Below the pieces are notes generated by a model that was given only the letters and a program-made list of their open reading frames with translations, had not been told where the DNA came from and searched no databases. A DNA stretch of 64,000 nt from Williopsis jadinii (taxonomy: Eukaryota), in assembly GCA_024346625.1 (NCBI GenBank), contig AP024664.1, forward strand, positions 4,402,001 through 4,466,000, given 5' to 3'. Below are positions 11,397 to 21,289 of the stretch, in pieces (the first letter of the stretch is position 1; every line of letters begins with the position of its first letter). The translations under genes were made by a program, and so were the position numbers.

Positions 11397-14300
11397 ATGA
11401 AGTTTCTTACAAGTGTGCTTTCCACCTTTCTTTTGGCGGCATCATGTGTGTGTGCAAAAGAGGTTGATGGTGTTTTCACCTCAGTGAACCGGATCGCCAA
11501 GTCCAGGCAATACCAATCATCGACACAGACTCCTTTTGACTGGTATGACGTCGAAGTGGGATGGACCATCGACACAAGCAAAATCGACACTGGTGATACC
11601 TTCAGTTTGACCATGCCATATGTCTATCAAGTGAGAATTCTGAACAACGGTGTTTTACGAACTTACTTTGATATCACCAGTGATGATAAAGCCATTGCTT
11701 CTTGTGAAGTTGACAATGCAGGTGGAAGATCCCTTGAGACTACCATCACTTGTACTTTGACTGCTGATCTCTCCTCATACACAACCTTTTCCGGTACTGC
11801 TGATTTCCTCATTGTCTTCGACGCAGGTGGAAGAACAGAAACCATCGACTGTGCTAAAAAGTGGACTGCTGGCTCGAACAGCGTCACTCTCAACGGTGAT
11901 CTGACCTCCCATGTCTCGTTTTCCGGCATCAACACCAGTGGACGCCAATTCATTTCCAGAATTACCATGAGAGGTGACACCTTCTACTACTACGCTGCTC
12001 CAGCACAGTTGTGTAGAGGTGGTGCCATCTCCAGAGGTATTTTTACCTTTGAGATTGAAGATTTCGGTTATGAACTTAAGCTTGAAGATGTTGAGGCTTA
12101 CTACACTAACCAATTCAACTCTTTTGGTTTCCCAACTTCATACAACAACTTGGCCATTACTTCGAAAACATTGAGCGGAAACAAGAGAAGAGTCACTATC
12201 GAATTCGGCGCTATTCCAGCAGGCTCGCGTTTTTGGTTCTCCGATTACAGCAATAAATTTGATCAAAGCTACAAACTTTACTCTGTTGTTGATAACATAA
12301 AGGTTGTCTGTCAAGGTAGAGGTATAGATGGTGCAAGTGAAATTACACAGTTGACTCCAGTTAGGGGTTGTGCTGGAGGTGATGGTGATGGTGTTCAAAA
12401 GCCTGTTACTATCACCACAACTAGCACATGGACTGAATGTAGTACAGCAACGAGATTTGTTACGGGTACTAGCTCCACGGTTACCCAAATCGTTGTCCTA
12501 CCAACGACTGTTTGTCCATCAACTAGTGCCACTCCATCGACCACTGCTATTCCATCTTCGAGTGCCATTCCATCAACTAGTGCCACTCCATCGACCACTG
12601 CTATTCCATCTTCGAGTGCCATTCCATCAACTAGTGCCACTCCATCGACCACTGCTATTCCATCTTCGAGTGCCATTCCATCAACTAGTACTGTCCCAAG
12701 TTCCTCTGATGTTTCATCCTCTTCAGTATTTGAATCAACAACTACTTTAGCACCAGCCTCTACTGTTTCATCCATTCCATCATCTGCTGAAGTTGTATCT
12801 TCCTCTGAGAGTCCATCATCTTCTGAGGGTCCATCCTCATCTGAGATTCCATCCTCTTCCGAAGTTGAATCATCCTCTGAGGTTCTGTCCTCTTCTGAGG
12901 TTGCATCTTCTTCTGAGGGTCTGTCCTCATCTGAGATTCCATCATCATCTGAGGGTCCATCATCTGCTGAAGGTGCATCCTCATCTGAGATTCCATCCTC
13001 TTCCGAAGTTGTGTCCTCCTCAGCATTTGTATCAACGACCACTTTAGCACCGGCCTCTACTGTTTCATCGGTTTCATCCTCTGCTGAAGTTGCATCATCA
13101 TCTGAGGGTCCATCATCTGCTGAAGGTGCATCCTCATCTGAGATTCCATCCTCTTCCGAAGTTGTGTCCTCCTCAGCATTTATATCAACGACCACTTTAG
13201 CACCGGCCTCTACTGTGTCATCGGTTCCATCCTCTGCTGAAGTTGCATCATCTTCTGAGGGGCCATCCTCATCTGAAGTTCCAACTTCTTCTGAAGGTCC
13301 ATCTGCTGAAGGTCCATCATCCTCTGCTGAAGGTCCATCTTCTGAAGGTCCATCTTCTGAGGGTCTGTCTTCATCTGAGATTCCATCATCCTCTGCTGAA
13401 GGTCCATCCTCATCTGAGATTCCATCCTCTTCCGAAGTTGAATCATCCACTGAGGTTCTGTCCTCTTCTGAGGTTGCATCTTCTTCTGAGGGTCTGTCCT
13501 CATCTGAGATTCCATCATCATCTGAGGGTACATCATCTGCTGAAGGTCCATCCTCATCTGAGATTCCTTCCTCATCCGAAGTTGTGTCCTCCTCAGAATT
13601 TGTATCAACGACTACTTTAGCACCGGCCTCTACTGTTTCATCGGTTTCATCCTCTGCTGAAGTTGCATCATCATCTGAGGGTACATCATCTGCTGAAGGT
13701 CCATCCTCATCTGAGATTCCTTCCTCATCCGAAGTTGTGTCCTCCTCAGAATTTGTATCAACGACTACTTTGGCACCGGCCTCCACCATTTCATCGGTGC
13801 CATCCTCTGTTGAAGTTTCATCATCTGCTGAAGGTCCATCTGCTGAAGGTCCATCTGAGTCTTCACAATTCGTCTCTACTACAACGTTGGTTCCAGATTC
13901 CACCACTTCGACTACTGCAGCAAGTATCTTCACTACGACTGTTACTTATCCTGAGTCAGCGGTCAAAGTCACTACTACTGTTCCTGGTCATGATGGAGAA
14001 ACTGTTATTACTACAGTAACCTACCCAGTGTCTACGGTCATTGTTACTACAACCGCTTTTGGTCCGGCCACCACCAGTGAGACCACCGCCGATGAGACTA
14101 CCAGCGGTGCCAATGTTCATACCGCCACAGTTACCTATCCTCAATCCATAAGAACTGTCACAACCACTGTTACAGGATCAGATGGTGAAGCTGATAAAAC
14201 AGTGACCTCTGTACTTACTTATCTGGAATCCACTGTTGTTGTAACAACAACTGCTCCTGCTCCTGAAGTCACTGACAACAGCGCCGAGGGTACAGAGATT

Positions 14301-14900
14301 TTGACTACTGTTACCTATCCACAATCAGTTGTCACTATCACTACATCTGTTCCAGATGCAGGTTCTGATGAGGTTAAAACTACTACGATCAGTTACCCGG
14401 GATCTACAGCTATCATCACAAAGACCATCCCAGTAGGTGATGCTACTAGTGAGATTCCTACAGGTGGTTCCGGTGAGGATGAGACTCCAAGTGAGCAAGC
14501 CACGGTGACACAGACCACTTTATTGACTTCTACATATGACGGTGATTCTTCATCCGAGACTGGCTCAGGTTCAGGTTCTGGATCTGTTTCTGGCACCGGT
14601 TCAGGTTCAGGTTCAGGATCTGGCACCGGATCTGGATCAGGATCTTCCACTACTTCAGAAGCTGGATCAGGCTCAGGCTCAGGCTCAGGCTCATCCACTA
14701 CTTCTGGTTCATCCACGACTTCAGAAACTGGATCAGGATCAGGCTCAGGATCAGGATCAGGCTCAGGCTCTTCCACTACATCAGAAGCTGGTTCCTCTTC
14801 TACCGCTTCTATTGAAGTCTCAGAAAACTCTGGTTCAATTGTTCGTACAACTGCCTTCAGTACTGTTGTCAGTGTAATTATCACTTTGTTCCTCGTTTGA
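11397..14900 (+). CDS. GPI-anchored adhesin of the ALS/alpha-agglutinin-like family, 1167 aa
   Basis: Signal peptide [24 protein letters not shown]-like motif GWTID...[13 protein letters not shown]; long Ser/Thr/Glu repeat stalk; TTVTYP repeats; GS repeats; C-terminal ENSGS followed by a hydrophobic tail (GPI signal). Confidence 0.9.
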   Translation: MKFLTSVLSTFLLAASCVCAKEVDGVFTSVNRIAKSRQYQSSTQTPFDWYDVEVGWTIDTSKIDTGDTFSLTMPYVYQVRILNNGVLRTYFDITSDDKAIASCEVDNAGGRSLETTITCTLTADLSSYTTFSGTADFLIVFDAGGRTETIDCAKKWTAGSNSVTLNGDLTSHVSFSGINTSGRQFISRITMRGDTFYYYAAPAQLCRGGAISRGIFTFEIEDFGYELKLEDVEAYYTNQFNSFGFPTSYNNLAITSKTLSGNKRRVTIEFGAIPAGSRFWFSDYSNKFDQSYKLYSVVDNIKVVCQGRGIDGASEITQLTPVRGCAGGDGDGVQKPVTITTTSTWTECSTATRFVTGTSSTVTQIVVLPTTVCPSTSATPSTTAIPSSSAIPSTSATPSTTAIPSSSAIPSTSATPSTTAIPSSSAIPSTSTVPSSSDVSSSSVFESTTTLAPASTVSSIPSSAEVVSSSESPSSSEGPSSSEIPSSSEVESSSEVLSSSEVASSSEGLSSSEIPSSSEGPSSAEGASSSEIPSSSEVVSSSAFVSTTTLAPASTVSSVSSSAEVASSSEGPSSAEGASSSEIPSSSEVVSSSAFISTTTLAPASTVSSVPSSAEVASSSEGPSSSEVPTSSEGPSAEGPSSSAEGPSSEGPSSEGLSSSEIPSSSAEGPSSSEIPSSSEVESSTEVLSSSEVASSSEGLSSSEIPSSSEGTSSAEGPSSSEIPSSSEVVSSSEFVSTTTLAPASTVSSVSSSAEVASSSEGTSSAEGPSSSEIPSSSEVVSSSEFVSTTTLAPASTISSVPSSVEVSSSAEGPSAEGPSESSQFVSTTTLVPDSTTSTTAASIFTTTVTYPESAVKVTTTVPGHDGETVITTVTYPVSTVIVTTTAFGPATTSETTADETTSGANVHTATVTYPQSIRTVTTTVTGSDGEADKTVTSVLTYLESTVVVTTTAPAPEVTDNSAEGTEILTTVTYPQSVVTITTSVPDAGSDEVKTTTISYPGSTAIITKTIPVGDATSEIPTGGSGEDETPSEQATVTQTTLLTSTYDGDSSSETGSGSGSGSVSGTGSGSGSGSGTGSGSGSSTTSEAGSGSGSGSGSSTTSGSSTTSETGSGSGSGSGSGSGSSTTSEAGSSSTASIEVSENSGSIVRTTAFSTVVSVIITLFLV
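12516..13860 (+). repeat. Intragenic coding tandem repeats of the adhesin
   Basis: Three perfect 54-bp units ([18 protein letters not shown]) at 12516-12677, then nested 18-bp SSSExx units and five to six larger [13 protein letters not shown] blocks. Confidence 0.93.
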
Positions 14901-15383
14901 ATATCTTCATTGAACTTTCTCTCTGTGATATGGTATTTTCTAGCTCATTTCAACGTGTGGGCTGTCTTTTTGTTTCTTAACCAGCTAGTGGACTTCTTAC
15001 AAGTCTGTTATTTCCTTGAATATTTTGGGGGCCACTCAGCTGTTAAATACCCTCAACTACTTTCTTAGTTGATAAACTGTTTCATCTTTCTTTTCTTCAG
15101 GTGAAAACTATAACTCTTCAATATATGTATTACTTCTCCTTAAATCAATGTTCTACTTTATATTTATACAATATACCATAATTTGTAACAGAACAATTTA
15201 AATTCAGGTCTCTAGTGATCTCTGCTTTGTTGGTGTTGAAAAGGTTTTGGCTTCCAGCTATCTGCATTTACCCAAGTAGAATGTATCCAAAACATCATTA
15301 GCCAGTGTAAGGGCTTCAAAATTACTTGCCACAATTTTACACAAGGCATTTACTTTGGTTTGTTTTTCTCTTTAGCGGTATGC

Positions 15384-15480
15384 GTTGATCTGTAGTGCTT
15401 CGGTACGGTGAACGCTATTTGGACCCTCGCTAACGATCCAGTAAATTTCGAAGCACAGTACCGAAGCACTACAGATCTAC
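15384..15480. repeat. 97-bp imperfect palindrome/hairpin at the start of repeat copy B
   Basis: Left arm gttgatctgtagtgcttcggtacggtg (15384-15410) pairs with cacagtaccgaagcactacagatctac (15454-15480) at 25 of 27 positions; inner pairings attt/aaat, gga/tcc and tcg-ctaa-cga. Confidence 0.93.
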
Positions 15481-16710
15481 TTGTTTTACGTTTACAGATG
15501 TTAAACATGTGGCATATGGCTACCTTCTTCAGTACGGCAAGAATGGAGTCTGCGATTTCCCCAGTAGCTCTCTACGATACAAATAAAGTCACGTATACTG
15601 CAACCTTTTGATTATAATTTCAGAAGCATGCTTGGTTTAATACACCTGCAGATCATAGGAGACCACCATTTCCAGCTTATTGTGGTGGATACAAGGACCA
15701 GATAAGGATGGACCAAAGCATGGATCTAGGTAAACAGTCTAGGTCAACCCAGGAACCTCAAATCACCCTTGAAGCATATATATCGTTGTAGTAGAGCAGG
15801 TTCCTGAGACCATCTATGTGCTTATGTACGGGTGTGTGTCCATACCAACATAGACTGAACTGGCCGTACTTCGCTCTTACCTCCACCCAGCCCTCCAATA
15901 CTACCATGATTTCCTGGTCTCTGTAGAGCCCGCTGAAGGGTTCTATGAGATCTACGAGGAGTATGGTAGTACTGGGCTACTGACTGGGTGGGGGAATGGT
16001 ACCGAAACACTACAATGGGCCAGGCCATGGTGGATACCGTACAACTGCATCTGTACGTAATCCCTCCAGGTGGTCCTCGCTATATAAAACAGACTTTGTC
16101 AACAGCAAAAGACTGACAAGTGACAGGTGTTCAGTCCTGTATCAGCACCAGTTGAAGCATAGTAAAGTCAGTTGTTGTGGAAATGGGCAAAGCTTGCCGA
16201 GATGGTGCTGGTTTGACCAGAGCACAGCATCACCTAGAGTTCAGCTTTTCAACTATCAGCAGTGATCACATGAAGTTCACAATTGCAACCATCAATAGCA
16301 CACACACACACATTCAAACGTTCTGAATTCTGGAAACAGGACCTGATACACCAGCAATCTTCAACAACTGTTTCTGTGTTAATAGTATCTTCTTAACGAT
16401 AATGTAGCAGCAGTGTTGTCAATTTGACCAGAATATAACAGCACTCGCATGCTATCTTCAACATCGTAGCAGTACTCAGTTATAGAACCATCCACACCTT
16501 CACTGTGATCATTCCAGTATCCTCATTCCTGCTTGAGACCAGCCACACCAGGTTAAAGCTGTCCAGGCTTTTACCAGGTGACCATTCTCCAGCAGGGTCT
16601 CACTAAGAACTCTGGAGCCTGTCCCACCAGTTAGATGTCCATGTTTCTAACTGGAAACTCATCGTTCAAAGCGAAACCCCATCAACCATCGACCCCATGG
16701 ATACATCACT
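15443..16710 (+). repeat. ~1.27 kb direct repeat, copy B
   Basis: Near-identical to 2108-3339 except for a diverged internal block around 16155-16330. Confidence 0.97.
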
Positions 16711-16734
16711 AATCTGTTTCTTTAGAACTGAGAA

Positions 16735-17466
16735 GAGGACTAAACAAAGACAGATTTGAGCTTATATAATCTACCATCCTACTTTTTGTGCAATCTTGCG
16801 GCTAATGTCGGTGATATTTGTGTCACAGCTTACAGCGTCGTAGCTACACAAAGGCATGATCAACTCTTACGTAAATATGAGTGTCTTCAGCATAACTATC
16901 ACACATGACTTGCCATATAATGTGGTTCAAGAGTTATCGCGTTGTCATTATTCACACTACTAGGAAACGTTCCAGAGGCACGCCACGTGAAAAGGAACGT
17001 ACCATACAACTGTTGGTCGTGTAGTATGTCGTGACGTCCATATCGTTTAAGGATTATAAGCTGAACCCCTATGAGCACATTGCTGCTATTAACCTGTCAG
17101 ATTATATCATGACCAAACACTTTGGGGATTGAACCCTGGTGTATTCAAGTTGCTGGGCATCTATTTTGGGGCTGGCCAAAAATTCTTGCCCAAACACTTT
17201 TGTTGGCAGAGCAACAACAGAGACCAAAAAACCAGCACATTTTTAATGACATGCATTGCATGAAGCCGCATGGGTAGCACGGGCAACAGCCTTTATCTCT
17301 CTGTGAGGAGATATACGATTTACAATCAGAAATTCCCACTTTACAGCACTTTGTGACACCTTGGACAACAAGTTGCACAGCTCATGAAACCTTGGTTGAA
17401 CGTGCGCCACACAGGACCTAGAATTAGGGAAAAAGCTTCCATGGGCTTCTATATGCTTGCAGAGTG
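16735..17466 (+). pseudogene. Decayed coding remnant, possibly a tyrosine recombinase
   Basis: ILLFVQSCG/VGDIC (~16780-16820, frameshift where box-I GxR is expected), TTRKRSRG, RTIQLL (16998-17015), YKLNPMSTLLL (17056-), LYSTL*HL (~17340-17363), ...H...ASMGFY (~17450). Confidence 0.38.
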
Positions 17467-18253
17467 ATAGAATACAGATACCGATCACCTCAAGTGAAGG
17501 CGTACAGTTGCTCCACGAGTCCTTTTTCTGGGCTTATGGTTAGGTCCACAGAGTTGCATCCCGCTTTCAACCATCATTAAGGAGCAGTACTGTTTCACCC
17601 CCTTTCCTTTTTCTCCAATCGATTCTGTACGCTTCATGTATAGCTTAAGCTGAGCGTGTGAACAACTTTTTGTTCTTCTCCGCCCGCGCAGACATAAATA
17701 TAGTTCATCCCCCCGAATTCCATATTAATTTCATCCACACCTATTTGGTAACTTGGGTAACCCGACCACAACTTGCTCCATAGGGCAACGTTCTAACTTC
17801 CAAAACAACATCGTTCACTGTACAGGCAGTGCTGTCTGAGACAAATTTCATCAGCTGCATTAAAAGTGTCGCACACTTGTTTCAAACCATCGACAGATTT
17901 GTCCCATTTTGGCCACAGATTCAATTGTGTCGCTGGGCCAACACACCCACTTTTGTTTTCCTTTTCGTTTGTGCCACCGGATTTTCTCATCACATCGCGC
18001 TGCAGGTAGCCCCCCTAAGAAAAAAAGGGCATATAACCATCCACTTCCTACGGACTTTCCTCTTCTCTTTTGTAATCAGTTCCTACGTCGTTTTACTCTG
18101 TTCACCTCCAAAAGCTGGCTACCGATTACGTGCGTTCTTGTGATCATTACTTTGACGTGTGTTGTGTGTCTTTTAGAACAGAGAGATTGGACAATTAGTA
18201 GTCAACTGTTTAGCGTCAGCTTGGTGTCATCGCTCATCGCTCATCGCACATCT

Positions 18254-18976
18254 ATGAAGGGAGCTCACCAGCCCATGCGGACATCGAAAAGAATCGCCAA
18301 CGCTGCACCTACAACAAGCGTTGCGAGCGGTGAAATGGAGAGACCGTGCACTCCGGTGAACAGGATAACAAACCCAGAACAATTGCAGAACATGTTACGC
18401 TCACCAATACGGAGCCCAAACCCAAGTGGCGAGGATGTGCATGGGGGTATTGATGGTCTGGCGAGTACCGCGGCGTTCAGCACCCCGGGGATTCTTCGTG
18501 GGCTGAACACGAGCACGTATTCGTCGCACAACGAAACCGAGATCATGATCACGTCAATGCTTGAGAAGCTGAGCCAGGATCCATCAACCAAGCTGGATAA
18601 TCACGAGGTCAAAGCTTTACTGCAGAAGTGCCTAGTCATGATGTCCCATTACAAATTGCAGAACAATATCCTTCGGTTCGAAGCTGAAGAAAAGGATAAG
18701 CGTAATGCCATTGAGACGGACCTGATCAAAACACAGATGGATCTACTTCTCAAGTCGCCCTTCAAACCTTCAGCCAGCGCTAGCGTGGTTACAAGTGCAC
18801 AATCCACAGCAGTCCACAAGACTGTGACGAAGATACCCCGGATTGCACAGCCAAAGCCAAGCTCGTCAGGCGTTGGAAGGATAGTCAAACCAAAGCTTCG
18901 GCTTGTTGAAAGGATCGGTAAGAGAGAAGATCAGTTTGGGAACTGCGTGAAGGTGTTTCATTTACAAAAGAAGTGA
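18254..18976 (+). CDS. Uncharacterised coiled-coil protein (~240 aa)
   Basis: First ATG of the 17909-18976 ORF; SP/TP-rich N-terminus and heptad region HYKLQNNILRFEAEEKDKRNAIETDLIK. Confidence 0.7.
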   Translation: MKGAHQPMRTSKRIANAAPTTSVASGEMERPCTPVNRITNPEQLQNMLRSPIRSPNPSGEDVHGGIDGLASTAAFSTPGILRGLNTSTYSSHNETEIMITSMLEKLSQDPSTKLDNHEVKALLQKCLVMMSHYKLQNNILRFEAEEKDKRNAIETDLIKTQMDLLLKSPFKPSASASVVTSAQSTAVHKTVTKIPRIAQPKPSSSGVGRIVKPKLRLVERIGKREDQFGNCVKVFHLQKK

Positions 18977-19881
18977 AGCAAGAGAATGATCAAACCGGAG
19001 TACTAAGAAATGTGACATATCGAGACATGTGCTGGACACCATGTAATCCAAGGGACTTTTTTTGTTTTGTATTTCGAGAATGTTAATCAGGGACATCAAA
19101 TTGTTGTTGCTATATATAATAATGGTTGGTTATTGGCTGTCTAATTGCTATCTCATACGGTATAATTACCGAGGTTTGCTATATAACCATTTACTGTAAT
19201 GTTTTGTTGGATTAACAAGATTTTTATCATTACTGTCAACGTAAATACAAGCATTAGGTAGGCGATCTCAGGTCGATAATCTTAGCTGTGAACAGATTTA
19301 GGGCCCTTAATACCTTTGCATGAGTGGAAGAAACACACTGCTTCACATAAACCTGCGTATTGGATGTGGTGGATGGCACACGTTTGGATGTACATGGCAA
19401 CAAGGAATTTACCTGTGGTATTCACTCCTTTCGCAAAAACCCGGAATGTCTAGATAATTTTGGCATTATAAACCTGGACACTCAGGATCACTTACGAAAC
19501 ACACAATAACCATCATGTTTGCATAAACCCGATTACAATGGCCAATGCCCGTGGAGTAAAGCTGTCCAACGGTTCCAGTTAGTGTGAACACCTCTTTTGA
19601 GGACCCGAGACAGGGGCTCCAGTGGGGAGTCTTACGCATAAGAAAAATACGCACGGTTGCATATGGTCTCCATCTTGATGTTGGGATATTTTACCCGTGT
19701 CTACATATACAGATGTTATTTTATCCGTAATTACGATGCCAAATTTACCATAGCAACGGGTGTTACCAATTTCCATAGATGCAATCCCCATAACCTTTCC
19801 TTCCCTGTCTTTATGCTGTATGCTGTTTCCCTATATAACAGGCCAGGAGTGGAGGGTTGAATGTATACGTGTATAGTAATA

Positions 19882-21289
19882 TCATAGCAATTGCCTCTTG
19901 TAGTACTCAACAATGGCGAAATTCTTCAGTTCTAACTTGTAGTGGAATTCACAGAGCCTTTCATCTTCATCCTCCTTCACCTGCTGGAGTTTGCTGTGTA
20001 GGGCTGTTATGAAGGTCTCAACAACGGACTCTGAGACCCTTGGCTGTACACCACTTCCTTGATTGGAATACGAGTTGTGTCTTTTCATTTGCTCATTTCT
20101 CATTATCGTGGAATCTTGCTCAAGAGGACGCTTTTTCAACCTGGTGCCTTCATATGCTGTCTGATGCAGCTCTTGTAAGTACTTGTAGTTTCTAATCAAG
20201 TGCTCTAAAGAATCAGATCTTGGAATCAACGACTTGTCGGTTGAATTGTGGAACGAACAAGTCACTCTGTTCTTACAAGGGGTTCCTTGACGCGTTATAA
20301 CAGCACACTGGAAATCACGGTGCGATATATCAAAGATTTTGAACCCATTGGCTTGGTTAGCATATTGTCTATCGCTTGTAAGAGCTGCTAGATATGGAGT
20401 AATGTTAGTAGAAGGGGGCGGAAGGGAACGAAAAAAGAGAGAGGTGAAACAGAAGAACAGAGTTAAAGCAGTGTTTCGTCTCCCAAAGAGAGAAGCAGAA
20501 GAAGGGGAGCAGAAGAAGAGAAGAAATCAAAGAGAAGAGGGTGAGAAATCAGCAACACACATGTACATACGTTCAGGGATCCAGGGGTATAGTTTTGGGT
20601 ATAAGATATTCTTCTAAGCTGTCTTCTTTTGGCTGAGAGGAGTATGGCCGGAATATTGTACTCCTCCTCGTTAGAAACATCCATATTAACCCAAGTCTTT
20701 CAGTCAATAACCATTAGATTGATAAGGAAAGAGAACATCATACCTGTTAAGAAGTCGGGAAAAGAAACTGGCGGCAGACAATCCAATGCCTGTGCATAAT
20801 TGTACTGGTCATCGTCTGTGCTATTCGCGTCAAGCTGGTCAGGATCATCGTCCAGCACATTCACGTCCTCAAAGTATATATCGTACTCCTGCTCGTTTAC
20901 GCAGTTAGGGGTCGGTGGCTCTGTGTAATGGTAACTATAATCGTTGTCCAACTGGTTCTCAATCTCCACCCTTAGTTGAGAACTAAGACTATCGTGCTGG
21001 CCATACTCACAGTAAGTCGAATAGCCGCTCTCGCCCCTGTAGCCGTTGACAAAGGTGGCGCTTGAGTTGATAAAATCCTCATTTAGTTCAAACGTGCAAT
21101 AGTCGTTCAAATCAAAGGGTAGTTTTGACACACCTTGTTCTATGTAGGATCACACTGTTAGCGAACAGTAGGCCACCAAATGCTGAGAGCAACGAATGCG
21201 GAACTTGGAATCACCTTACCTTCGGCAGCTAATCGTAAAGAACATGCACCTTCTTGCTCTTCGACGGTATGGAATTCTACTAGTGTCAT
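19882..21289 (-). CDS. Spliced (probably 4-exon) gene with acidic Tyr-rich region and SCA7-like zinc finger; candidate positional IME1 orthologue
   Basis: Intron 21219-21140 (GTAAGG...GCTAAC...TAG) joins frames correctly. Further donors lie at 20743 (GTATGA) and ~20570 (GTATGT), with TACTAAC at 20404-20410. The last exon reads QCAVITRQGTPCKNRVTCSFHNSTDKSLIPRSDSLEHLIRNY. The phase of the third intron is unresolved. Confidence 0.6.

Noticed and set aside
12395..14884. Long antisense and alternative-frame ORFs (512 aa, 163 aa, His/Leu-rich ORFs)
   Set aside because: Shadows of the repetitive Ser-rich adhesin codons.
2108..16710. Standard LTR retrotransposon (Ty-like) bounded by the two repeats
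   Set aside because: No TG...CA termini, target-site duplication or recognisable gag/RT/integrase remnants were seen, and the repeats are much longer than typical yeast LTRs.
17040..17095. SWIM zinc finger reading (PYEHIAAI) for the relic after repeat B
   Set aside because: The required cysteines are missing and another frame gives a longer, more coherent recombinase-like motif series; not fully excluded.
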